Below are positions 54,361-64,000 of a DNA stretch of 64,000 nt, one piece after another (the stretch's first letter is position 1; every line of letters begins with the position of its first letter). The DNA lies in contig NC_043010.1 in assembly GCF_006345805.1 (NCBI RefSeq), positions 44,702,001 through 44,766,000 on the forward strand, given 5' to 3'. The notes beneath the pieces were generated by a model. It was given only the letters and a program-made list of their open reading frames with translations. It had not been told where the DNA came from and made no database searches. Source of the stretch: Octopus sinensis. Taxonomy: Eukaryota. Made by a program: the position numbers and the translations under genes.

Positions 54361-54545
54361 TGTATGTATGTATGTATGTATGTATGTATGTATGTATGTA
54401 TGCATGTATGCATGTATGTATGTATGTATGTATGTATGTATGTATGTATGTATGTATGCATGCATGCATGCATGCATGTGTGTATGTATGTATGTATGTA
54501 TGTATGTATGTATGTATGTATGTATGTATGTATGTATGTATGAGT
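54361..54545. repeat. (TATG)n/(CATG)n microsatellite
   Basis: Direct observation. Confidence 0.96.
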
Positions 54546-54701
54546 ACGTGTGTGTATGCATGCGTATGAGTATGTGTATGTGTGTGATTTCATGTATATA
54601 TATATATGTATGTGTGAGTATATATGTATACATTGATAGAAATTGTAAGACAACGAAAGAATGAAAGAGACCTCGATTATTTGTAAATAGAGGAATTCAT
54701 C

Positions 54702-56024
54702 TGCAAATGTAATATGTAACAATTATTCAGCAGCCATGATAAAACTTCGAGTTTCGGATGTCGGGGTGGAAATCCACGCCGCCATCTCTTCAATTATCCG
54801 GCCATCGGAAAAAAAATGCTATGAAAATGACCGTTAAACAAAGGGAAATTACTGTGTGATTGACCGTTATTAAGACAAAAGAGCTATTTGAATGACCGCT
54901 AAGTGAGGGGAGTGAGTAAAAGTATGGGGGTAAAAATGTACAGTGTTCGCGTAAGCGCGCATGTCCATACCTACACATGCGTGCCCGCACACCCACATAC
55001 ATGCGCCTATAATTATACACTCATCCACCTTCACTTGAAACATACTCATTCCCACCCACACCATTCGCCAATATATATATATATACAATCCCACACACAC
55101 GCGCGCACCAAAAAAGTTCATACGCACACGCACAAGAAAATACAGGGCTAAGGGCAACAATACAGAAAGTGTAAAGAAATATTAAAAAAATAAACAATAA
55201 GAGTAAAACACGTCTATATACGTACATACCCGTATGCACGGACACACACACGCCTATATACGCGCATACACGCACACGTCTATATACGCATATACACACA
55301 TGCGCGCACAAAAAGTTCATACACACGTCTATATACGCACATGACAACAAAAAACAGGGCTAAAGGCAAAAATACAGGAAAAAGTGTAAGAAAAACGATG
55401 AGTAAAACACGTCTATGTACGCACATACTCGCATGCACGCACGCACACACACACACACAGACACACACACACACACACACACACACGTCTATATACGCAC
55501 ATACCCGCACACGCACACACATCCACACATACGCACAAAGGATTCCATATACACGTCTATATACGTACAGGGTGGAAGGTAGAATGCAGAAAAAATATGA
55601 GTAAAAAATATATGAGCGATAAACCTATAAAACAATATCTCTATAAATATTAAATAAATATATGTATAAAAAAAATATAAATATATATAAAAATATATAA
55701 GAAATATAAGAAAAATGTGTAAAGGGATAAAATGCTTGTACGTGGACACAATATAGAAAGCAAGTCCTATCCGTAATCTCGGTGGGACCAAAAACATAAC
55801 AAATATTTAACCACATTTGGGCATGAACCGGAAAGTTCAGTTCTTGAATTCAGACATGTAGCGGGATCTAAGCTGCTTTTCCAGTTGAGCCATCTTTCCA
55901 TATCACAAAGACCGCACTTTTCACTGCCGTTGGTGTAGGGCTTACACTTGGCTAAGATCTTCCAATGGATGTTGTAACTGACGCCTTTATCTTTTAAGTA
56001 CCATATATGAATGGATACTTTGGC
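54702..56024 (-). mobile_element. Penelope-like element 3' part (GIY-YIG C-terminus, UTR, pLTR)
   Basis: 55767-56024 minus strand translates SIHIWYLKDKGVSYNIHWKIL..CKPYTNGSEKCGLC..LNSRTEL..C..KYLL; followed by a TG-rich UTR and a hammerhead-like terminus. Confidence 0.85.
54738..54798 (-). ncRNA. Degenerate hammerhead motif (C3 to U)
   Basis: gauaa-UUGAAGA-gaug(hairpin)cauc-c-GAA-acu[cga]agu-U-uuauc; identical to the plus-strand copy at 57309-57369. Confidence 0.45.
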
Positions 56025-56173
56025 ATTTTAAGGAGCATATATAGCTGGATAATTTTGTTGTTTTCCTTTTGTCCCAGTGCCCAATTATCCAGTCATATAT
56101 GGTCCTTAAAAGATAAAGGTGTCAGTTACAACATCCATTGGAAGATCTTAGCCGAATGTAAGCCCTACACCAA
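55930..56173. repeat. Hairpin formed by an inverted copy of GIY-YIG coding DNA
   Basis: 55930-56016 matches the reverse complement of 56086-56173 with a few mismatches. Confidence 0.9.
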
Positions 56174-56267
56174 GACGTGTGTATGAACTTTTTTGGTGCG
56201 CGCGTGTGTGTGGGATTGTATATATATATATATATACGCGAGAAAGAAGCAACAAGAATGGATAGGT

Positions 56268-56358
56268 TTTTAGTACGATCGTTTCATACAAGGACAGGTT
56301 TTATTAAAAGTTGCAAAGATTACAGCATATAAACGAGTCCCGTACTCATCAGCTAAAA
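56268..56358 (-). ncRNA. Type-I hammerhead ribozyme motif (left arm)
   Basis: Exact reverse complement of 56779-56869. Confidence 0.75.
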
Positions 56359-56778
56359 TACATGTAAGTTCTCTAGACATCCTAGTGTTTGAGGCTATAC
56401 TCATGAAGTAATGTAGATAATTAAACAGATTTCTAAAGTTCATTAAAGTTCTTTAAAGATGATGTACAGTCTTATCACAGAATTTTAAAAAGTTTTGATA
56501 GCATCACAGAGAAGGTGACCTAATCCATATGAATTTCCATAGATATGATGAGGGATTATATACTCACTGTGAGTATATAATCCCTCATCATATCTATGGA
56601 AATTCATATGGATTAGGTCACCTTCTCTGTGATGCTATCAAAACTTTTTTAAAATTCTGTGATAAGACTGTACATCATCTTTAAAGAACTTTAATGAACT
56701 TTAGAAATCTGTTTAATTATCTACATTACTTCATGAGTATAGCCTCAAACACTAGGATGTCTAGAGAACTTACATGTA

Positions 56779-56869
56779 TTTTAGCTGATGAGTACGGGAC
56801 TCGTTTATATGCTGTAATCTTTGCAACTTTTAATAAAACCTGTCCTTGTATGAAACGATCGTACTAAAA
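56779..56869 (+). ncRNA. Type-I hammerhead ribozyme motif (right arm)
   Basis: uuuuag-CUGAUGA-guacgggac...guccuuguau-GAAA-c[gauc]g-UA-cuaaaa; 6-bp stem I, extended stem II, palindromic loop III; predicted cut after 56863. Confidence 0.78.
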
Positions 56870-57018
56870 ACCTATCCATTCTTGTTGCTTCTTTCTCGCT
56901 TATAATCACCCCACATTACTGTATTGTTAAATCAGTATAGTTTTTTTTGGTGCATCTAAGTTAGGTACCATATTCAAGTAAATTTTTTAAAATTAACTTG
57001 AATCTTTATTGCTCTTTG

Positions 57019-57401
57019 TATATATATATATATATATTGGCGAATGGTGTGGGTGGGAATGAGTATGTTTCAAGTGAAGGTGGATGAGTGTATAATTATA
57101 GGCGCATGTATGTGGGTGTGCGGGCACGCATGTGTAGGTATGGACATGCGCGCTTATGCGAACACTATGTACATTTTTACCCCCATACTTTTACTCACTC
57201 CCCTCACTTAGCGGTCATTCAAATAGCTCTTTTGTCTTAATAACGGTCAATCACACAGTAATTTCCCTTTGTTTAACGGTCATTTTCATAGCATTTTTCC
57301 GATGGCCGGATAATTGAAGAGATGGCGGCGTGGATTTCCACCCCGACATCCGAAACTCGAAGTTTTATCATGGCTGCTGAATAATTGTCACATATTACAT
57401 T

Positions 57402-57405
<4 letters not shown>
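57019..57405 (+). mobile_element. Inverted copy of the Penelope pLTR at 54702-55083
   Basis: Near-identical reverse complement with a handful of differences. Confidence 0.92.
57309..57369 (+). ncRNA. Degenerate hammerhead motif (C3 to U)
   Basis: Mirror of 54738-54798. Confidence 0.45.
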
Positions 57406-57452
<47 letters not shown>

Positions 57453-57535
57453 GAAAGAATGGAGTTGAACGACGAATTAACAAAATTCCTTTATTTTTAT
57501 TTTCGACATATATATATTATATATATATATATATA

Positions 57536-57566
<31 letters not shown>

Positions 57567-57579
57567 CTATATATATATA

Positions 57580-57699
<120 letters not shown>

Positions 57700-57702
57700 C
57701 GT

Positions 57703-57945
57703 GGACGTGCGTGGCTTAGTGGTAATAGGTGTTGCACTTATCATGAAATTGTGGTCTCGGTTCCAAGGTAAGGCGATGCGTTGCGTGCGAGAGCGAAATA
57801 CTTCATTTCACTTTACTCCAATCCACTCAGCTGGCAAAAATGAGTAATTTTGCTACAGACAGGCGTCCCGTACAGTGGGGAATATAGATACGCCATAGTA
57901 TCTGGGAAACCAGCCCTGTGAGCCTTTGGCTCGGGAATGACCTTT
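57703..57945 (+). mobile_element. tRNA-derived SINE, second family
   Basis: A-box-like gtggcttagtggt; shares ccactcagctggcaaaaatgagta with 52320-52618. Confidence 0.7.
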
Positions 57946-58089
57946 GAAGCTTTTTTGATGTATGTATGTATGTATCTATGTATGTTTTCCTTCTACCCCT
58001 CTCTTCATCATTTCTTCTTCTTCTTCTTCTTCTTCTTCTTCTTCTTCTTCTTCTTCTTCTTCTTCTTCTTCTTCTTCTTCTTCTTCTTC

Positions 58090-58657
58090 AAAATGCAGTA
58101 TTTGGAATCCCTGTGACTCACCTGATGACTAAAATTAAGTTTTAGTGTCAGGAAATACTTCAGCTGTGATAGGTTTCTAACTCTCTACAAAAATCAAGAT
58201 TCTCACTGGAGTACTGCTCGAATTTATGGGAATGTGGTACTGCTATACAAAAATCTTAGATCGAATCGAAAAACAAGCCATTTAACTGATTGGCAAAGAT
58301 TCAGTTACTGACATGTTTCAATCGCTAACATACTTGCTGTTTATTATATCGTTACTAGGGTGGCACCTGCTCCTCTGTACTTACTAGATTTATATGCTCC
58401 CTACTTTAGCACACATGACATAGTCGTCTTTCCCTCCCATCACTCTTACTGTGTTGCGTCTCTCAGACCTCGCTCAAAGAACTCCAATCCTTCTTCACGA
58501 TTGTAACGTTCTGGAATTCCTTTCTCGTGCACATTTTCCTTATACAAACTAAACAACGAGGAAGCGGCCGATTTGTTATTCTAATCCCCTAATGGTAATA
58601 TAGATGTATCCAGCAATGATACCAAGTATCCTAATAATTGAACTGTCTCAGGGTTGT
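58090..58657 (+). repeat. Direct repeat copy 2 (58255-58657) with a longer Jockey/CR1-group LINE 3' fragment
   Basis: RKYFS..FLTLYK and LDRIEKQAI remnants; 58255-58657 duplicates 51057-51489; preceded by (CTT)n at 58013-58088. Confidence 0.8.
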
Positions 58658-61078
58658 TGGAGTGGAAAACAACGTCAGACTCAAAGATCTTATATATACA
58701 CACACAAATATCAAATATGACTTGTAGATTCTCCGAATCCAGAGATGGTTTGACGTTACCAAACCCATTCAGCGATCCACTTGGACCAAGCGATGGGAAA
58801 ACTGCGAAATCTTTTTCAAGAAACTCCGATGGAATTATATTTATACTAAGAAACCTGAGATCATCTTGCAAGTACTCTTTTATTCAAACAGACTCAAAGC
58901 GCTGTGCATTCACATATCCTACTCATATTTCTCATAGGTTAAGGAGAGGAGAAAAACATTTTTTGGAGAAAAAGTAAGGGGTCTGTAATGCGTCTAGATT
59001 TTGGTAAGGTTTTAAAAACTATCAGATGAAACGAAATGATTTCTTCATTGTTTTTTAGATTCCTTCTATTGTCAATCATTGATTTAATAAAACAAAAATA
59101 GTGAAGTATTGACGAAATAATAAAACAAGTTCAAACTGATTTAAAGTTAAGGAACATGTTTCAAAGGTATAGTTATATATTCACGAGTGAGTGAATATTT
59201 AGGGAGAATTTTTTGTTTCATATATTCTGAAAAGCATATTCCTTTAAGGAATTTGAGCATATAAAAACAAATACAATTGTCTTAAAAACACAATTTTTTT
59301 TCAAACAATTCATTTTATAATTCTCATATAGCTTTCTCCTATTTATTCATCAGTCAGAATGCCAAATTACTTGAGGAGTTGTAAAATCTAGCGCGTGACA
59401 AATAAACATTCTTGAGCGTAGGAAAATCTAGTTAAGTAACAAGATACGTGTTAGCTCCTCCCATTTCGGAAATGACACTAATAATAATACATTCTTACGT
59501 AAACACGTGTAAATGCACATGAATTGAATACAACTTTCACATGCTTCGTTCTATATAAATACATGATTTTGACAAATATTCACAGTTTGCTTTCTTGCTC
59601 TAAAGAACTTTGTACGAAGTTATTTGTCAATACATATACTCACCGCACCAGCAAAAATGCAAAACTTTCTCGCGATTTGTCTTATACTATCTTTAGGGAT
59701 AGTATTTTGTAACAGTGGTAAGTAGTTAGATATTTCCAAATTTGTTGTTACTTTGATTTCTCTAAATCACCTTATAAATGTTCCATCACTTCAAACGTTC
59801 AAGATCACTATAAACCAATGCTTGTATAACAAGTCTGTTGGGTTCTATGCAGTGTGTACCCATGAAAGACGGAATATGGTAAATCCTAGGGGAAACATCG
59901 ATTCGTTACAATCTTTGTTGTGAAGCTTTCTATCTGAAATAGTCTTGTGGCTCTCCAGAGGTTGAATAAAATAAATGCTCTTAATACATCAAAATCTATT
60001 GAAATGACTACGTACCTGATCAACAAAAAGTTGGTTTCTTTCTAGTCCAGGAATTCAGAGTTTCAAAAACGATGCTTCTTTTTAGATTAACTTAAGATAT
60101 GATAATGGTAATTATTTGCTTTACATATCTAAGGTTTCCAGATGAGATATTGTTACACTAAAAATTTATATTACATTAAAACAGTGACAAACGAATTATA
60201 CACCGCCGATAGTTGTTATAAATACACGTCATTGATTGGTTGAAATTACCGAAATACAACAATTTTAACACGAAATAACTTCGTAAAAAAACTTTCCTCA
60301 ACAACGCTAAGAGTAAAATATGTTCTATATGACACATTCTACCATTATACGGAGTTTCAAAGTGTTTAAAGAAAATTAATTAATCGAGTTGCCCATGAAA
60401 AGGAAAAGATACCAATTATTACTGCTATTTAACTAATTTCTTTCATTTAACCATGATCTTACTTCAGCTTATTCTGGATTACATCTTTTTGCTAGAATTA
60501 TATCTGTATTTGCTTTTTACATTGCATTAATTTATTATTTAGGAGAAACTATGAAGAGTTAAACTGTTTGTAAATTGTGACTTCCTTATGCGTTCTCTAA
60601 TCCTGTCAATACTAGAGTTGGCATAGACAAACGTGTATTCTCATTAAGTAATTTTGTTATTGTTTCGTAGAAATTGGATCAAAATCTAGTATTATCCAGG
60701 ATTATGACTGATTTGAAAAATATATTGAATATCTAATTTACCTTGGTGCAAAGGCGTTATTATTATTGAGAATCCGATGTTATTAGAGATAATTAAATCT
60801 CCCCGCCCGGAACGTTTTCAAAGAAAGTTTTATTTTTTCACTTGTGGGGCAAACAGGGCTAAAATGTTCTTCAGGCCTGTAAAAAGTTATAATAAATTAG
60901 CACAAAACTAATTTTGTACTGACTTAATTTAACACCTAACACTGACCAGCAATTATTTTAGCAATAGATTTACTTCTCTCGGAATTTGAACTTGGAAAGT
61001 AAAGGGGAAAAAAAGCAAATACGGTAAAATAATTTATCTGATGTATTATCTCTCCCGCTATATAACACAAATATCTAA

Positions 61079-61268
61079 GGCGGTGAGCTGGCAAGATGCT
61101 TTGCGGCATTTCGTCCGCCTTTACGTTCTGAGTTCAGATTCCGCTAAGGTCGACTTTACCTTTCATCCTTTTGCGGTCGATAAAATAATATCAGTAGAGC
61201 ACTGGGAGTGATGTAATCAACTTACCCCTATCCTGAAAATAGGGGTCTTGTACCATAATTTGAAACCT
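61079..61268 (+). mobile_element. tRNA-derived SINE
   Basis: aggcggtgagctggc head and 14120-family body with the aatttgaaacc tail. Confidence 0.8.
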
Positions 61269-61323
61269 ATATTATACAAATACTTATCTGTCCCATCACT
61301 CTGTTTACTTTCTATCATTGTAG

Positions 61324-61485
61324 CATGTATATGTGGAGATAAACCATTCTGCAGGCATCCTGAACGCTGTGAACAATTCTACCAATGCACTCCAGGAGGG
61401 CAGTATTTAATGAAATGTGGACCAGAGTTATATGTTACTGATACGTTTAACTGTGATATAAAGGAGAATGTCCAGTGTAATTCAA
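61324..61485 (+). CDS. Internal exon encoding a chitin-binding type-2 (CBM14/peritrophin-A) domain
   Basis: Pyrimidine tract and AG acceptor at 61322-61323, GTAAGT donor at 61486; 162 nt, phase 1-1; HPERC-x5-C-x9-C-x11-C-x7-C with FYQC. Confidence 0.8.
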
Positions 61486-61699
61486 GTAAGTATAACTGAT
61501 TGTGTTTATTTTGATAACATTGAATGTATATACATATACAAGTCCCTCATTTTGAACAACACACGACACATGGACGTAGTAATTCACATCCTAATAGTAA
61601 TGTGTACTTTAAGCGGGTATCATTAACCATTTCAGATTGTCTGAGCAAGCGGTTATGACCGCAGCCTAATGACTGACACAAATAAGAAAGCTAAAAGAT

Positions 61700-61960
61700 A
61701 TATAATGATCACACACACACACAAACACAACAGCAGATTTCGAAGATACATCGGATGTTCCGGAAACCCATTCAATCAGTGCCTATCCAACCACAAACCC
61801 TCATTTAGGATCCCGGAAAAATGTTATGCCACGTCCTTGGCCATCCACCTGCGGTGCCTGAAGGACACAGGGACTCCACATATAACCACATGAAAGATCC
61901 TAGAAAACCGGGTCTCTACATCAATGGGAGCAAATGTTGAAAGCTGTGCATAGCGGGACG
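61700..61960 (+). mobile_element. Penelope-like GIY-YIG fragment
   Basis: RYIGCSGNPF..LSNHKPSF..K..ATSLAIHL..LKD, then KIL after a stop. Confidence 0.75.
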
Positions 61961-61977
61961 GGCAAGAATACACACAC

Positions 61978-62025
<48 letters not shown>

Positions 62026-62089
62026 CACACACACACACACACACACACGCACGCGCACACACAGTTAATCCAAACATGAACAAAGAGAA

Positions 62090-64000
62090 AACACAACAAC
62101 GCGAGGACGTGGAACAAGTAGAGTGTTATTGGACGCTTAGGAAATGAAAGAAAGAAGGAGGACTTAACGTTTCGAGCGGAGCTCTTCGTCAGAAATATAG
62201 AAAAAAAGGAAAAGTCCAATGAAGAGAAGACGGAGAAAGAAAATCGCCAACGATACACACGCGGTCACATTGAAATGACCGGAAGGGAATGGGTGAAGAA
62301 AAAGTTCTTTCAAAGACAGGAGAGTGCAAGAGAATGAGGTATGTGTGTGTATGTGGGGGTATGTGCGTGTGCGCAGGTCTGTGTGTGCGTGCGTGTGTAA
62401 TGATAGCACGTGTGTGTGTTTGTATGTGGCTGTGGCTGTTTATCTATGTGTATGGTTGGGCTTAGTATCGTTTAAGGTCATAGGAAGAATTTATAGTAAG
62501 AATTTTGGTAGGAGTGGATGCCTGTTGTGCGTCTACCTACACATGTGCGTAGGAGAATGGTCAGTAGAAGGTACTGGTAGATTGAAGTATGTGAGTGTGC
62601 GTGTATGTATATGTAATGTGTTTTGTTTGCAGTGTGTGTGTGTATGTATGTATGTGTATGTTGGTGTGTGTATGTGTGTGGCGTAACTCTACTTTACTCT
62701 GCGTATGTGCTCTGTGTATGTGCTTGTATGTGCATGTGTGTGTACATATATGTATAATTTTGTGCGTGTATGTATGAGTGTGTGCTGTGTGTGTATGGGA
62801 GGTATGTGTGGATTCATTTGTGTTGGCGTGTGTATATACACCTGTGTGCTTGTGTTTATACACGTGTGTGTGAGTGTATGTGCGTGTGTATATGCGTGTG
62901 TATGTGCGTGTGTATTTTGTGTGTTTGCATGGGCATGTGTGTGTGAACGAGGGGTTGTTTAGGGGGTATAGGTGCGCTTTTTGCGCGTGTATGCATGTGC
63001 GTGTTTGTACCAATGCGTGTGTAATTGTTGGTGTGTCTGTATGTGTATTGTGTGTGTTGGAGGTATATGTGCGAACATGTACTAGTGTGTGTGTGTATGT
63101 ACGTGTGTATATGTGTGTGGACGTGTATGTATGTGCGTGTGTATATGTGCGTGTGTGCATGTGTGTATATGCGTGCGTGTGTATATGTGTGTGAACGTGG
63201 AGATGTGTGTCGGCTATGTGTGCATTTTGTTGCGTGTATGCGCGTGTGCTTGAGTATGTGTGTGTACGTGGTTGTGTGTATGTTTATGTGAGTGTGAGTG
63301 TATAAAGGTATGTGTGACTGTGTGTGCATGGGGTTGTGTGGGGTAGGTATCTGTGAATTCCTGTGAGTGTGTATGTGTGTACGTTTGTGCACGTGTTTGT
63401 GTACGCGCATATGTGTATGTGTGTGTATATGTGCATGTATGTGTGTGCGTTCGTGGATATGTGTGTGTATGTGTGCGTGAATATATAGAAATAAAAATAA
63501 TAAATTATAAAAACAATAATAATATATAAATTAAGGTTGAAAGGAGATAAGGAAGTTAATGCAATATAAATGGCGCAATTACAAGCAAAAATGAAAAATG
63601 AAATAAGGTTGCTTTGTTGCAGGAGGTGTAGAGGCAGTCAATAGGAGGAGGATGTTGTGTTTAGACCGTAGGGGATAGTTGATCGTAGATTAAAGATATA
63701 CTGCTGTTCCAGGCGGAGTCGTGAGTGTGTGGTTCAGTGGTGAAGAGCGAGGCCAAAGACGGAGATGTTAGAGGGGTAATGGTTGGCCAAGCGGATGTGA
63801 CGGGCAACGGGGGTGTTCAAACGTAGACGAACATCCCGTAGATGTTCGGTGAACATGTAGGCCAGTTGGCAGCCAGTGTGACCTACATATAGCTTACAAC
63901 AGAGGTTGCATCTAATAAGTATATGAGGCTAGAAGAAGTGCAAGAGAAGGAATTTGTTATGCGAAGAGTTTGCTGATTAGAACCAGTGAGAGAAGTAGTG
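62090..64000 (-). mobile_element. Penelope-like element (Neptune-type GIY-YIG) 3' end running off the window
   Basis: 63638-64000 minus strand: FSCTSSSLIY / IRCNLCCKLYVGHTG..FTEHLRD..PVARH..LRLEQQYIFNL..PYGLN (one frameshift, one stop; absent from the ORF track); low-complexity UTR; hammerhead-core remnant at 62161-62192. Confidence 0.82.
62330..63480. repeat. Degenerate (TG/TA)n low-complexity tract
   Basis: Direct observation; source of the CVCV/HTHT ORFs. Confidence 0.93.

Larger units (their letters stand above)
56238..56899. repeat. Near-perfect 662-bp palindrome centred on 56568
   Basis: tactcac-t-gtgagta at the centre; arms match over about 330 bp, and the only difference I saw is one base in an A/T homopolymer. 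Confidence 0.97.

Noticed and set aside
58730-58880. Faint resemblance to a GH18 chitinase or FN3 segment
   Set aside because: It needs frameshifts and only scattered residues match; not supportable without a search.
62161-62192. Hammerhead core CUGACGA-a-gagc[ucc]gcuc-GAAA-c..g-UC on the minus strand
   Set aside because: No stem I can be drawn from the flanks; kept only as a remnant within the Penelope-like feature.

Overview
Eukaryotic, AT-rich genomic DNA made almost entirely of repeats. The SINE families resemble the tRNA-derived SINEs known from octopus, so a cephalopod origin is inferred, not proven. Contents: long (TA)n, (TAA)n, (CTT)n and (TATG)n microsatellites; about eleven tRNA-derived SINEs; decayed non-LTR retrotransposons (CR1/L2-group, four Tx1/L1-clade pieces, four R4/Dong-like copies with RT and, in two, a restriction-like endonuclease, two RTE pieces); three Helitron remnants; Tc1/mariner and Chapaev3-like transposase remnants; and at least three Penelope-like (GIY-YIG) remnants. 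The only clear host-gene signal is one 162-nt exon encoding a chitin-binding type-2 (CBM14/peritrophin-A) module at 61324-61485. The most notable unannotated signal is a set of minimal type-I hammerhead ribozyme motifs, several inside inverted repeats. One is a near-perfect 662-bp palindrome (56238-56899, 1-nt loop) with a hammerhead in each arm, itself nested inside a larger Penelope inverted-repeat structure. One SINE subfamily appears to share its 3' tail with the local Tx1/L1-clade LINE. All family assignments come from manual motif recognition; no database searches were run, and boundaries of decayed elements are approximate.
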